Positions 1 through 11,197 are shown, counted from the stretch's first letter. The stretch is 64,000 nt of DNA from Prolixibacteraceae bacterium (GCA_003537645.1 DPRM01000087.1:36592-100591), one strand, 5' to 3'. Notes: generated from the sequence alone by a model not told the origin. Translations and numbers: made by a program.

Positions 1-3000
1 CATTCGTATTTTATCAATGATGGTGGCTCAATCGGATCACTTCCGGTTGTGTCGATTGCTTCGGCGCCGGCCAATTTCTGGGATCCTAAAATCGGAATAT
101 ATGTTCAGGATTTTAAGCCCGACCGCGAAATTCCTGTTAATATTGAATTATTCGAAAACGATGGAAGCGACCGGGCTGGCTTTAATCTTGCCGCCGGAAC
201 AAAAATTAATGGCTTGTATTCGTGGCAACTTCCGCAGAAAATGTTGGGCATTTACTTCCGGAAGGCCTACGGAGAAGGAAAATTGGAATATCCGCTTTTC
301 TTCGATAAATCTGCCAGAAACTTTAATTCGTTTGCGTTGCGGGCTTCGGGCAACGATTGGGCGAACACGCTTTTTCGCGATGGCATGATCCAACATTCGA
401 CACAGCCCGATATGGATGTTGAAACACAGGGGTTTCGGGCTTGCGTGCTTTTCATCAACGGGCAATACATGGGAATTCACAACATGAGATCGAAAGTTGA
501 TGAAGATTATATTGTGGAATCGAACCAGCTGGGAGACGCAAAAATTGATATGATTGCTTATGAAGATACTGTTGAAGCCGGGGATTTTGATCAGTATAAA
601 GCTTTCGAAACACTTTATCATCAGGACCTTTCGGTGCAGGCCAATTTCGACCTAGTGGCGCAAGAAATGGACATCGGGAATTTTACCGATTTTATTATTT
701 CTGAAATATACAGTGGAAACACCTCGATTGATCACAACGTGATGGCCTGGAAACCAAAGGATTTTGGAAAATGGCGCTGGTTGCTGGCCGATCTCGACCG
801 TGGATTTTTCAATCCTGAAAATAATCTGATTTCTTACTATCTGGGCCGGTCGGTTTATCCTTTCAGTAACCTGATGAAGAACTCCGCCTATTCGAAGACT
901 TTTGGTTATCGCCTTGCTGATTTGCTTTTCACTACTTTTAATCCTGAACGGATGAACGGGATTATCGATGGGTTCGCCAAAAATATTGAAACAGAAATTC
1001 CGGGTCATATTGAACGATGGAAAGGAACTTCATCGAGTTACGGGAATCCGATTCCTTCGGTTACTTCCTGGCAGGGGCAGGTTCAGAATCTGAAAACATT
1101 TGCGGAAAAACGGCCTGCAATTCTTCTGGAAAACCTGAAGAATTACGGGGTCAGCGATTCTGAAAACCTAAGCATTTCGTCTTTCCCTGGCGGGTCAGGA
1201 AAAATCAGGTTTAACGGATTGTCAGTTCCGGCGGATAATTGCCTCGGACAATATCCGGCTGGCGGCGAAATCTCATTGCAGGCCGATGCGCTTGGCGGCT
1301 ACATATTTAAAGGCTGGGAACTTAATCCGAACTTAATCCTGATTCAGAAGGAAGCAATATGGAAATACAACGATACAGGAGCTGCTCTTGACGAAGAATG
1401 GAAAGAGCAACCTTTTGACGACAGCGCGTGGCCCGAAGGAAAAGCCGAGTTGGGCTATGGCGACGGCGATGAAAATACCAGGGTGGGTTACGGGCCAAGT
1501 GCTTCAAGAAAGTTTTTGTGTACCTATTTCAGGAAGGAATTTACAGTTGACCACCAGGATTCGCTCTCGAACCTTGTCGCCGGGATAAAATTCGATGATG
1601 GTGCAGTAGTTTATCTCAACGGTAAGGAAGTAATTCGGGTAAATATGGCGATGGGCGCCGTCGATCATACCTCTCCGGCAATTAAAACGGTTTCCGGCTC
1701 GGCCGAATCAAAATTTACGTATTTCGGTATTGATGCATCTTTGCTGAAAAATGGGAAAAATTGCATTGCCGTAGAAATTCATCAGGACGCACCAAATAGC
1801 AGTGATATCAGTTTCGACCTTCAGTTAACAGCGGTTAAGCCGGGTAGCGGCACGCTTGTCGCAACTGAAAAAACGTATAAATTTACGATGAGCGAAGCCA
1901 CAAATATAATGGCTCTGTTTGAGCGCGACAATCATTGCATTATTCCGTCGGTTGTTGCTGAAAACCTTAAACTCGATAAAACCTGCTCGCCATACATGGT
2001 TTCAGGAGATGTGCAGATATTGGCCGGAGTAACACTAACTGCCGATGCCGGAGTAGAAATACTGATGCCCGATGATGCCAATTTTTGGGTAAAAGGCACA
2101 CTGATAACCAACGGAACCCCTGAAGAACCAGTTCGGTTTACTGCAAATCCACAAAGTACAAAAAAGCGATGGGGCGCCATTCTGATAGAACATTCCTCCG
2201 GAGTTTCATCACTAAAAAATACGATTATCGAGGGCGCTTCAAATGGGCCAAACCCAACCCGGAATGTAGCTGCAATCTCGCTGTTCCATTCCATTGCAAA
2301 GTTCGATGGGCTAAAAATCGGAAATGTTTGGAGCAATCCGGTTGCTGCGCGCTATTCGGATGTTTCCATCGCCAACAGTTTTTTACATTCGGCGGTAACC
2401 GGCGATTTGGTAAATCTGAAATATGGAAAGGGAATAATTGAGAACTGCGAATTTGTGGGAAATGATCAGCCCGACACTGATGCTATTGACTACGATAACA
2501 TCGAAAACGGGATTATAAGGAATTGCCTGATTTACGATTTTCATGGGACAAACAGCGATGCCATTGATCTGGGAGAAAAAGCAATCAATATTTTGATTGA
2601 TGGTATAATGGTGTATAATATTACTGATAAAGGAGTTTCGGTGGGGCAGCAATCGTCGGCCAATATCCAAAATTCTGTTTTTGCGAACTGTAACCTGGGA
2701 GCCGGATTGAAAGATTCGAGCAAGGTTATTATCGACCACTGCACATTTTATGGATGCGCGATTCCGGTGGCCAGCTTCGAAAAAAATGCCGGAAGTGCCG
2801 GAGGAAATGGCTGGGTGACCAACAGTATTCTATCGAATTCATACGAATCGAGTTTCCTAAACGACGAAAAATCGTCACTTGTTTTCTCGAATTCGCTGTC
2901 GGATAACGATTTGCTTCCGAGCGGAAATGGCAATCATTTTGGAGATCCGTTGCTAAACAACCCCGGAGCTTTCGATTTTTTACTGAAAGATAATTCTCCT

Positions 3001-3744
3001 GCCAGAAATGCAGGCTCTACAGGCAATATCGGTGCCAGTCCAGCCCTTTTTCAGATCAGACCAATGATCGAATTTTCGGCAATTGGCTATAATGATGACG
3101 GAATTTCAGTGCCCGAATTTCTGGCAATTCGTAATCCGGGCAGTGAACCATTCGATGTTTCTGGTTTTCAGCTTTCAAAAGGGGTCACTTTTACTTTCGC
3201 GGCAGGTTCGGTAATTAAGCCGGGCGGGCAGGTAATTGTTACTGAAAATGCTTTGGCCGAAGAGTGGGAGAGTAGTAAAATTCCTGTATTTCAATGGGAA
3301 ATTGGCAGGTTGGCCGATGAGGGAGAAACCATCCAATTGTTAAACGAATCAGGAATTATTTTCGATCAGTTGAAATATTTGCCCGAAAATCCCTGGCCGG
3401 TGATTTCTGTTCCGGGCCAGATTATTGTACTGAAGGATTTGACGATGGACAATCACTTTGGCAAAAACTGGGGAATAGGTTCAATTAATGATGTTCTGAA
3501 TTCGAGTAATAGTCTGACTAATAATGATCTGAATGTTTGTCCAAATCCGACTTCAGGAATGGTTGAGGTGAGCCGACTGAAAGGCAAAACTGAAAGAGTG
3601 CAGCTTTTTAATCTTTCAGGAGCGAAAATTGCGGAATACCCAACAGCTGGTGAAGATCGGCTTATGCTTGATTTGCATAAGTTTAACCCTGGAATTTACA
3701 TTTTGCGTTGCGGGAACCAGTCGTTTAAACTCGTAAAAAGGTAG
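1..3744 (+). CDS. CotH kinase-family protein with beta-helix, lamin-tail and T9SS C-terminal sorting domains (5'-truncated)
   Basis: Frame is open from base 1 (HSYFINDGGSIGSLPVVSIA..). CotH-type motifs LRASGNDW, NGQYMGI, KWRWLLADLD. DAIDYD/DKGVSVGQ beta-helix repeats, lamin-tail-like region, C-terminal PNPTSG...PGIYIL...KLVKR. Confidence 0.8.
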   Translation, partial: HSYFINDGGSIGSLPVVSIASAPANFWDPKIGIYVQDFKPDREIPVNIELFENDGSDRAGFNLAAGTKINGLYSWQLPQKMLGIYFRKAYGEGKLEYPLFFDKSARNFNSFALRASGNDWANTLFRDGMIQHSTQPDMDVETQGFRACVLFINGQYMGIHNMRSKVDEDYIVESNQLGDAKIDMIAYEDTVEAGDFDQYKAFETLYHQDLSVQANFDLVAQEMDIGNFTDFIISEIYSGNTSIDHNVMAWKPKDFGKWRWLLADLDRGFFNPENNLISYYLGRSVYPFSNLMKNSAYSKTFGYRLADLLFTTFNPERMNGIIDGFAKNIETEIPGHIERWKGTSSSYGNPIPSVTSWQGQVQNLKTFAEKRPAILLENLKNYGVSDSENLSISSFPGGSGKIRFNGLSVPADNCLGQYPAGGEISLQADALGGYIFKGWELNPNLILIQKEAIWKYNDTGAALDEEWKEQPFDDSAWPEGKAELGYGDGDENTRVGYGPSASRKFLCTYFRKEFTVDHQDSLSNLVAGIKFDDGAVVYLNGKEVIRVNMAMGAVDHTSPAIKTVSGSAESKFTYFGIDASLLKNGKNCIAVEIHQDAPNSSDISFDLQLTAVKPGSGTLVATEKTYKFTMSEATNIMALFERDNHCIIPSVVAENLKLDKTCSPYMVSGDVQILAGVTLTADAGVEILMPDDANFWVKGTLITNGTPEEPVRFTANPQSTKKRWGAILIEHSSGVSSLKNTIIEGASNGPNPTRNVAAISLFHSIAKFDGLKIGNVWSNPVAARYSDVSIANSFLHSAVTGDLVNLKYGKGIIENCEFVGNDQPDTDAIDYDNIENGIIRNCLIYDFHGTNSDAIDLGEKAINILIDGIMVYNITDKGVSVGQQSSANIQNSVFANCNLGAGLKDSSKVIIDHCTFYGCAIPVASFEKNAGSAGGNGWVTNSILSNSYESSFLNDEKSSLVFSNSLSDNDLLPSGNGNHFGDPLLNNPGAFDFLLKDNSPARNAGSTGNIGASPALFQIRPMIEFSAIGYNDDGISVPEFLAIRNPGSEPFDVSGFQLSKGVTFTFAAGSVIKPGGQVIVTENALAEEWESSKIPVFQWEIGRLADEGETIQLLNESGIIFDQLKYLPENPWPVISVPGQIIVLKDLTMDNHFGKNWGIGSINDVLNSSNSLTNNDLNVCPNPTSGMVEVSRLKGKTERVQLFNLSGAKIAEYPTAGEDRLMLDLHKFNPGIYILRCGNQSFKLVKR

Positions 3745-3898
3745 TAGATTATTATGATTGTAGGTTGATATACCTATTCGGTATTCTGTGTAAGTAGTAA
3801 TGGTTATTTTATGACTACTTAATGCCTGCCAAATGACAATTGGATGACTTTTATGAGATTGGGTAAAGTTATGGATAACCATTAAAATTATTCAGGCC

Positions 3899-4546
3899 TT
3901 ACATTTTCTCGTAAGCGCTGCAGTTAAAATCTTCTTCGTCGCGCTGGTCAAATCGGGTCATGAGGCAGAACTGGTTTTCTTCAAGGTCGCCGGCATGATG
4001 TTTTTTGCAACCTACGCAAAGGCTTCGGATTGGCACCGAATTCGGGTCGATCTTATGGCCTTCTCCATCAAAGAATCCATTTGTTTCCTCGAAATCAAGC
4101 TCTTCGTCACTGTTCAGTTCGGCTTCGAGTAAATCTTTCACATATTCTTCAAGATAGAGCTTTTTAAAATCGAACCAATTCTGGCGAATTTCAGAATTGC
4201 CAATAATATTCTGGAAGTTGGCAAAAGGCTTCCGGTGCCGGAGCGCTTCTGCCAACTTTTGTTTCATTTCGGAATTCGGTAGCGCGGCTGTAAAATCTTC
4301 CATTATCCTGAAAGATTCATGCGAGGAGAGGGGCTCGATGCTGATATAGTTTTCCCAGTCCGGATATTTCAAACCCATGCTTTCCGGAGTTTCACCCACC
4401 AGTCCTTCAAATTCTTCGGGGTCGTCAACCAAAAGTGCCGGTACATCTTCCATTTCAAAAGTTTCAGTATTCACAAAACAGGTCATGCCACAATCGATCG
4501 ATTCGGCAATACTTCCGATCAGTTCTTTTGGGTATTTTTCGTTCAT
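3899..4546 (-). CDS. UPF0158-family protein with C-terminal Cys-rich extension
   Basis: IEPLSSHESFRIMEDF..L..AL..RKPFANF..W pattern typical of UPF0158. Confidence 0.7.
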   Translation of the reverse strand: MNEKYPKELIGSIAESIDCGMTCFVNTETFEMEDVPALLVDDPEEFEGLVGETPESMGLKYPDWENYISIEPLSSHESFRIMEDFTAALPNSEMKQKLAEALRHRKPFANFQNIIGNSEIRQNWFDFKKLYLEEYVKDLLEAELNSDEELDFEETNGFFDGEGHKIDPNSVPIRSLCVGCKKHHAGDLEENQFCLMTRFDQRDEEDFNCSAYEKM

Positions 4547-4599
4547 GATTTTTGAAATTTTAAAGGTTGATTCAATTCCAGACTGATTTTTTCTTCAGT

Positions 4600-5367
4600 T
4601 TATTCGAAAATATTATTGAGTAAACCACCGCTCGATTCCTTGCGGCTGTTGGGTCCGAATGAGCTAAGCTGTGCAACCAGTTTCCGGATTGGCATCGACT
4701 GTAACCAGATTTTACCGGTTCCGCGGAGGGTTGCCAGAAATAATCCTTCGCCGCCAAAAACCATCGAGCGGAGTCCACCGGCCTGTTGAATATCAAAATC
4801 AATGGATTCTTCGAAGGCCACCACGCAACCAGTATCAACACGAATCACTTCGTTGTTCAGCTGGCGTTCAATAACAGTACCTCCGGCATGAATAAATGCT
4901 TTTCCGTCGCCCTGCAGTGTTTGCAGAATAAAACCTTCGCCGCCAAAAAATCCGGCACCTATTTTACGGTTAAGTCGAATGGATATTTTGGTTCCCAGTG
5001 CGGCGCAAAGGAATGCATCTTTTTGTACGATCAGTGAACCACGGTGCTGTGTGAGGTCAACCGGAATAATTGTTCCCGGATAGGGAGCCGCAAATGCAAC
5101 GTGCTTTTTGCCCCAGCCCTGGTTGGTGAAATGAGTAATGAACAACGATTCGCCGGTAATAAGGCGCGAACCAGCGGAGAGTACCTTGTCGAAAAATCCG
5201 GCACGGGGATTCGATCCGTCGCCCATTTTTGACTCGAAACTTATACCGTCTTCCATATAAAGCATCGCGCCTGCTTCGGCGATCACTGTTTCTCCTGAGT
5301 CAAGTTCAATTTCAACCAACTGAACGTCGTGCCCCATAATTTTGTAATCAATTTCGTGTGATTGCAT
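4600..5367 (-). CDS. TIGR00266 / AIM24 family protein
   Basis: [43 protein letters not shown] motifs. Confidence 0.9.
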   Translation of the reverse strand: MQSHEIDYKIMGHDVQLVEIELDSGETVIAEAGAMLYMEDGISFESKMGDGSNPRAGFFDKVLSAGSRLITGESLFITHFTNQGWGKKHVAFAAPYPGTIIPVDLTQHRGSLIVQKDAFLCAALGTKISIRLNRKIGAGFFGGEGFILQTLQGDGKAFIHAGGTVIERQLNNEVIRVDTGCVVAFEESIDFDIQQAGGLRSMVFGGEGLFLATLRGTGKIWLQSMPIRKLVAQLSSFGPNSRKESSGGLLNNIFE

Positions 5368-5496
5368 GTAAAAAGTTTTTTTTAATGTTCGTTTTCGAAT
5401 GTTTTATCACAAAGTTATGGATTGTTATAAAATGAAACGGCATTTTTCGACCGGAAAGTTGATTTTACCGGTGAAGTGATTGATACGCAATTCGGG

Positions 5497-6492
5497 TTAA
5501 AGTTCCAGTTTAAGTTTATCAAGTTCGGCTGTGATCAAACTAATTTCAGCGGAGCTGAGTTTCAGTTGTGCAGCCTGCGCATTTTCGATGGCCTGTGCAG
5601 CGTTGCGGGCACCAACCAATGCAATGGTGATTCCGGGTTGACTTATTGTCCATGCAATAACCAGTTGACTAAGTGTTGCATTTTTCCCTTCGGCCAGCGG
5701 TTTTAATTTTTCAAGAAAAACGTTGATCATTTCAATGTTTTTTGCCGAATAATAAGGTAAATCGGCGCGGGTATCGCCTTCGTTAAAATGATGTCCCGGT
5801 TTTATTTTCCCGGATAAAACACCACGCTGCAAAGGGCTGTAAGCGAGTACCGATTTTTTATTTTCGATCAGGTACGGAACAAGTTCTTGCTCGATTCCGC
5901 GGTTAATCATGCTGTACGAAACCTGATCAGAAACCAGATCGATGTATTTGGCAGCTTCTTTCATTAATGCAACATCGTAATTGCAGACCCCGGCATAACG
6001 TACTTTTCCATCTTTAATCAATTGGGCAACGGCTTCCATTGTTTCGTGAACAGGAGTTGTTGGGTCGGCCCAATGAATCTGGTAAAGATCAATGTAGTCA
6101 GTTCCAAGTCGTTTCAGGCTGTCTTCGCATTCTTTAATAATTCCATCTTTTCCTGAATAACGGTAAATGTCGAGTGGTTTTCCGTCGTTGTCGCGGCTAT
6201 TAAAAAAGAATTGCCCTTTTGTGCCGGCCCAGCTCAATCCAAATTTGGTCAGAATCTGAATCTTGTCGCGCGGAATGTTTTTGATGGCTTCCCCGGTAAT
6301 TTCTTCGCTTAATCCTTGTCCGTAAGCCGGAGCGGTATCGATTGATGTAACTCCGTAATCGTATGAAACCTGAATTGCTTTTACGGCTTCGCTGCGCTCG
6401 GTTCCTCCCCACATCCAGCCTCCGGCGGCCCATGCACCAAAAGTAACTACTGATAAATTTAAATCTGACTGACCTAATTTCCGGTATTCCAT
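5497..6492 (-). CDS. Aldo/keto reductase
   Basis: DTAPAYG, TKFG, SLKRLGTDYIDLYQIHW, YSPL motifs. Confidence 0.92.
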   Translation of the reverse strand: MEYRKLGQSDLNLSVVTFGAWAAGGWMWGGTERSEAVKAIQVSYDYGVTSIDTAPAYGQGLSEEITGEAIKNIPRDKIQILTKFGLSWAGTKGQFFFNSRDNDGKPLDIYRYSGKDGIIKECEDSLKRLGTDYIDLYQIHWADPTTPVHETMEAVAQLIKDGKVRYAGVCNYDVALMKEAAKYIDLVSDQVSYSMINRGIEQELVPYLIENKKSVLAYSPLQRGVLSGKIKPGHHFNEGDTRADLPYYSAKNIEMINVFLEKLKPLAEGKNATLSQLVIAWTISQPGITIALVGARNAAQAIENAQAAQLKLSSAEISLITAELDKLKLEL

Positions 6493-6498
6493 AGTTGT

Positions 6499-9400
6499 TT
6501 ATTTTAAGTTTTTACCATTTTTAAAGACAGGTATTTCGATATAAAAAGTGGTACCTTCTCCAATCTGCGTGGTGTACCAAAGTTTTCCACCAAAATTACT
6601 GACAATATTTTTTACAATCGACAAGCCAAGGCCCATGCCGCTGGTTTTGGTGGTGAAATTAGGCTGGAACAAATGCTCCAGCGCTTCTTCGCTGATTCCG
6701 GACCCATTGTCGCCAATGGAAATACGGGCAACCGAATCGTCTTTCGCTACCTCAATTCGTATCTCACCGTTTATTTCAGCCGGAATTGCCTGAATTGAGT
6801 TTTTTATCAGGTTAAGAAAAGCCCTCGAAAGTTGCTCTTTGTCGGCAAAAATGCTGACTTCCTTCAGGTCGTTCATTTTAAACGAAAAATGAAGATTCTG
6901 GTTGGGTACGAACAATTCGCAAACATTTTTCAATACTTCAATCAGGTCGAAAACCTCATTCTTCGCTTTGGGTATTTGTGCAAAATTCGAAAACTCGGTT
7001 GCAATTCCCGAAAGTGTGTCAATCTGTTCAATAAGATTTTGAGTCACGCGTTCGAAATAATCATCGTAGTGTTCCCTGCCTTCAGCCTTTGCTCTTTGCA
7101 GGTACTGTATGTTAAGTTTCATAGGTGTGAGCGGATTTTTAATTTCGTGGGCCACCTGTTTGGCCATTTCGCGCCAGGCCGATTCGCGCTCCGATCGGGC
7201 GAGCAGTTCGGCACTCTCGGCCAGTTCGTCAACTTTGTGGTTGTACTCGCGAACCAATGCGCCAATTTCGTCTTCAGCCTGATAATTAATCTGTTCGTTC
7301 TTTTTTCCCAGTTGAATACCTTTCAGTTTTTCGCGGATAAGGCTCAGCGGTAAAGTAATTTTGTTCGACAAAAATACCGCCACAATCACGCTGGCCAGAA
7401 ACAGAAGAAGGTACAGGTTGATGAACGCTACGATGAATGTTGATATTCCTTGTTTTAGTTCGTCTTCACGCGTAAAATACGGCAGGTTCAGATATCCGAG
7501 ATAATCGCCGCGGTTATTCAGAATGGGCTCATAAGCTGAAAGATAGGAGAGGTTTCCGATCTTTTCGGGATGAAAAAAGTTGAGCTGGTACTTCTCCGAT
7601 AATTCGTAAAATGCTTCGGCATTCATTCTTTCCGATGTAATTCCTTTGCGGAATATTTCGGGTCGCGAAGAGGCAAGCAATTCGCCTTTCACATCGTAAA
7701 TATTAATGTCGGTCCTGAAAATATTCGAAAGCTTGTACAATTCTCTGAAGAGCCATTGCTGAAGTTCAGGAGTAATTGAACTTACATTAATCAGCCTGTT
7801 AGTGATTTCTTCTGAAATTGACCTCATTTTATCCTGAAGGTCGTGCCTGTGCCTTTTCTGATATTCCTGAAGGTTATAATAGATCGTTCCGGCGGCCACA
7901 AAAAGAAGAGAAACCAATACAACAGAAATGATTGCTGCCTGAATCCTGAAACGCAGATCGTGCGGGATGATCAGCTTGCGGAATTGCGGGTTGCCTATTA
8001 GTCCGATTGTTAAAACAAATACAAAATAGAATACAAAAATGTACGGAAACGAAATCAGGTAATCGGTAAAAATCAGCGATCGTTTACTGACAATGATATA
8101 GTTTTTGCTGTCGAACCGATAAATTACATGGTCGTAACCATCAAATTTACGAAGTTCAAATTCAGTGTCTGAATTGCCGATATAGTATGATTGCAAATAG
8201 TAATTGTAGGTATATTCGCCCGATCGGCTCACCAATTCCTCGTCGAAATATTTTGCGTACGAGAGGTATTTGTATCTGAAAGGCTTAATCAGGGTTCGGT
8301 CCATCAGCAATTCGGGGAACCCGATGCCTTCCGATACTTTTTTAGCAATCAGCTCGATAAACAACGAAAAGCCTTTTGAATCGTCAACCAGCGGGTAATG
8401 AATTTTTCCGAAGTAAGAAACCCGGCCGTCCATGTTATTCATATAATAAAAGCTGCTTCCCGGAACTTTTGTTCCCGAAACTTCAATCATTTTATCGAAA
8501 TAAGGAAAGCAAGGCTCGGAAACATTTTCCGGCTGAATCAAAACACTATCGTTGCCTGCGCAAAACGTAAACTGAATATCGTATTTTCTGAAATATCCAT
8601 CGAAATAGTTACTTGTCAGGTAGTTTTCCAACTCTTTGTATGGCGGGTTCAGCAGTCGGGGAATGATGGAATCGACATTGAACTGATTTTGCATATTGGC
8701 CAAAAATACTTCGGCAACCGGATCCTGTTCGGAACTCAAATTAACGGCCATCAGCTTTTGTATCTGAATATCGCGCTGCTCAACGGTTTTATATACAACC
8801 ACCAGGCTTGTAACCGAAAAAAGCGAAATGAACAAAATGGAGTACGAAAGAGAAAAACCTGAAATATGAAGCTTCTTAATCTGGTTTTGCAGCAAATTGA
8901 CTGCGAGAAACAACGCGAGCAGATAAAATTCGCTGGTATGGAAAAGAATACAAAGCAGAAGTGAAATTGGTAAAGCAATTAAATGAATATTCAGGAATGT
9001 ACGTTTGTTTATCAGTTTCTCTGTTTTTTCAATAATTTTCAGGTTAATCAGGAAAACTGAAAATAAAAGCATCGCGATGGCAAGATAACTGCTCACGCTA
9101 AATTGGTCGATGTCGGTAATCCGATTCAGTTTGTATGTGATGCTGCTGTTTCTGATGAGGTTGCCAATCATAAGACCAACAATCTGGTAGAGAGCTCCGA
9201 CAAATACAAAAGAAGGAATTACCATCGCTTTTCTGTATTTTCCCTTAAGTTCAAATTCGCGGATAAAAACCAGGCTCCAGAAAAAGATCAGCACTGTTAT
9301 CAGGAAAAAGTCGCCCAGCGAGGGTAACATTTTTGAAATAGCGTAATATTTTGCACTGAATATTTCGAGGTGGTCGAGTATTGCCGGAAGACCAAAAAGT

Positions 9401-10170
9401 ACATGAATCCAGTAAATTACGAATAGTACAACGGTCAATACCAGCATTTTCGCGAGAAAATTTTCTTCGTGGTAATCTTTTATCCGGCGATATACCACAA
9501 GAAGTAAAAATGTAAGTCCAAGTAAATACAGAAAAGCAGTTGTATAGAATTGTGGTTCGCCAACCTGTATTTTTCCGCCGGGAATTACCGAGAACAGGTA
9601 AAGATTGGCAGAGTCCTGAATTTCGTATGCGTTTTTGCTTCTTTCCGCAGTTATTCTGAACTGTGCCGGCAATTTGAATGGAGCAATAAACTTGTTTTCA
9701 AGAAACTGATTTTCGTACGAATAGTTAGTTTTAACATGAATCAATCCGATTAACTGATGATTTCCGACAATCCGTTTTTGAGCGGCGAAAATCCCATTTG
9801 GCAGTGTGAGCAGCCCGTTTCCGACCGATAGTTTTGTGAGCAGATTTGGAAATGAAAAGCCATTGCTCGACCAGTAAACCATTTTTTGTTCACTGAAAAT
9901 TACGAATCCAAGTCCGTCGTTTTCGAATAGCTTATTTAAATCGGCAAAAGTTGATGCATAATTTTCGTAGGGCTGATTTTGAGTGAGTTTCTTTTCAGCT
10001 TCATCGAGATATTCCGCCAGCTTTCTTTCCTGTTCGAGAAAAGTCTGCTGAAAATTATGAATGATTTTTTTTTCAGGCTGATGATAGATGTTTCTGTGTT
10101 CCAGAACGAATGCTGCCACAAAAAACAGGAGCGAAAGAGCAGGTAATATGTATCTTCTGAATTCCTTCAT
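6499..10170 (-). CDS. Large multi-TM sensor histidine kinase (NtrY-like HAMP/HisKA/HATPase)
   Basis: WREMAKQVAHEIKNPLTP H-box, NLIKNSIQA N-box, DNGSGI, FTTK, GMGLGL. Confidence 0.9.
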   Translation of the reverse strand: MKEFRRYILPALSLLFFVAAFVLEHRNIYHQPEKKIIHNFQQTFLEQERKLAEYLDEAEKKLTQNQPYENYASTFADLNKLFENDGLGFVIFSEQKMVYWSSNGFSFPNLLTKLSVGNGLLTLPNGIFAAQKRIVGNHQLIGLIHVKTNYSYENQFLENKFIAPFKLPAQFRITAERSKNAYEIQDSANLYLFSVIPGGKIQVGEPQFYTTAFLYLLGLTFLLLVVYRRIKDYHEENFLAKMLVLTVVLFVIYWIHVLFGLPAILDHLEIFSAKYYAISKMLPSLGDFFLITVLIFFWSLVFIREFELKGKYRKAMVIPSFVFVGALYQIVGLMIGNLIRNSSITYKLNRITDIDQFSVSSYLAIAMLLFSVFLINLKIIEKTEKLINKRTFLNIHLIALPISLLLCILFHTSEFYLLALFLAVNLLQNQIKKLHISGFSLSYSILFISLFSVTSLVVVYKTVEQRDIQIQKLMAVNLSSEQDPVAEVFLANMQNQFNVDSIIPRLLNPPYKELENYLTSNYFDGYFRKYDIQFTFCAGNDSVLIQPENVSEPCFPYFDKMIEVSGTKVPGSSFYYMNNMDGRVSYFGKIHYPLVDDSKGFSLFIELIAKKVSEGIGFPELLMDRTLIKPFRYKYLSYAKYFDEELVSRSGEYTYNYYLQSYYIGNSDTEFELRKFDGYDHVIYRFDSKNYIIVSKRSLIFTDYLISFPYIFVFYFVFVLTIGLIGNPQFRKLIIPHDLRFRIQAAIISVVLVSLLFVAAGTIYYNLQEYQKRHRHDLQDKMRSISEEITNRLINVSSITPELQQWLFRELYKLSNIFRTDINIYDVKGELLASSRPEIFRKGITSERMNAEAFYELSEKYQLNFFHPEKIGNLSYLSAYEPILNNRGDYLGYLNLPYFTREDELKQGISTFIVAFINLYLLLFLASVIVAVFLSNKITLPLSLIREKLKGIQLGKKNEQINYQAEDEIGALVREYNHKVDELAESAELLARSERESAWREMAKQVAHEIKNPLTPMKLNIQYLQRAKAEGREHYDDYFERVTQNLIEQIDTLSGIATEFSNFAQIPKAKNEVFDLIEVLKNVCELFVPNQNLHFSFKMNDLKEVSIFADKEQLSRAFLNLIKNSIQAIPAEINGEIRIEVAKDDSVARISIGDNGSGISEEALEHLFQPNFTTKTSGMGLGLSIVKNIVSNFGGKLWYTTQIGEGTTFYIEIPVFKNGKNLK

Positions 10171-10221
10171 GTCACAAAATAATCAAAATTCGGTTCAACG
10201 CCTGATTTGTCCCGGATTATT

Positions 10222-10695
10222 TTACTGGTGGTGATATGGTTCACCCTTCAGGATGGTAAAAGCACGGTACAATTGCTCGGCAAAAATTAGCCTGACCATT
10301 TGGTGCGAAAAGGTCATTTTCGATAAACTCATTTTTCCGCTGGCCTTTGAATACACATTTTCCGAAAATCCGTAAGGCCCGCCGATTACGAAAACCAGCC
10401 GTTTAATTCCTGAAATCATTTTCTTTTCCAAAAACCGTGCAAAATCAATCGAAGTAAATTCCATTCCGTTCTCGTCGAGCAGAATGAGTTCGTCTGACGA
10501 AAGCAATTGCTGTAAAATCAGTTCTCCTTCTTTCTCTTTTTGCTGGTCGCGGCTTAAGTTTTTCGCATTTTTAATATCAGGAATCACCTTCATTTCGAAA
10601 AGTATATAATGCGGTATCCGCTTCAGGAAAATTTCCAATCCTTTCTGCAGATACGATTCGTCAGTTTTCCCGATTACAAGCAGGCATATTTTCAT
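10222..10695 (-). CDS. rlmH: 23S rRNA pseudouridine-1915 N3-methyltransferase
   Basis: LDENG, FVIGGPYG, SLSKMTFSHQMVRLIFAEQLYRA..GEPYHH. Confidence 0.96.
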   Translation of the reverse strand: MKICLLVIGKTDESYLQKGLEIFLKRIPHYILFEMKVIPDIKNAKNLSRDQQKEKEGELILQQLLSSDELILLDENGMEFTSIDFARFLEKKMISGIKRLVFVIGGPYGFSENVYSKASGKMSLSKMTFSHQMVRLIFAEQLYRAFTILKGEPYHHQ

Positions 10696-10716
10696 TCTAA
10701 AATTTTGTTACTTTTA

Positions 10717-10724
10717 CAAATGTA
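10717..10724 (-). promoter_or_regulatory. Bacteroidota sigma -7 box (TACATTTG) for rlmH
   Basis: Exact TAnnTTTG match on the minus strand about 20 nt upstream of the start codon. Confidence 0.55.
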
Positions 10725-10801
10725 TTTCTTTAATGAAAAAATTGCATGGTTTTTGGTAATGATTTTCGTTGAAAGTAATTCAGACAAAAAATATTAGCAA
10801 A

Positions 10802-11197
10802 ATGAAGAATTTTAAATTGAAACTCACAATATTATTTCTTAGTCTTTTTGCCTTTGCTCCAACCACTTTTGCGCAAATTCCCGACGAAATTGTGCTTAGC
10901 ATCCAAAATGGAAATCATGAAGTGCTGGCCAGCTATTTTAATCAGAATGTTGAGCTGGTGGTTCAAACTCACGACGATGTATTCAGTAAATCGCAGGCGC
11001 AGCAGATTGTTGCCGAGTTTTTTAAAGCCAATAAACCCAAACAATTCACCATTATTCACCAGGGAGGAAAAGATGGAGCCCGCTATGCTATTGGAAGTTT
11101 GGTTACAAATACCGGTACCTTCAGGGTTTATTTTCTCCTGAAGAACAATAACGATAACTCCTATATTCACCAGTTACGAATAGAAAAACAGGGTTGA
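10802..11197 (+). CDS. DUF4783-like exported protein
   Basis: Signal peptide, then FSKSQAQQIVAEFF..F.IIHQG..YAIGSL.T..G.FRVYF pattern. ATG 10802 preferred over the upstream start. Confidence 0.7.
   Translation: MKNFKLKLTILFLSLFAFAPTTFAQIPDEIVLSIQNGNHEVLASYFNQNVELVVQTHDDVFSKSQAQQIVAEFFKANKPKQFTIIHQGGKDGARYAIGSLVTNTGTFRVYFLLKNNNDNSYIHQLRIEKQG

Noticed and set aside
6499-10170. Orphan histidine kinase as a novel system
   Set aside because: Standard kinase core with no linked partner or unusual domain visible.
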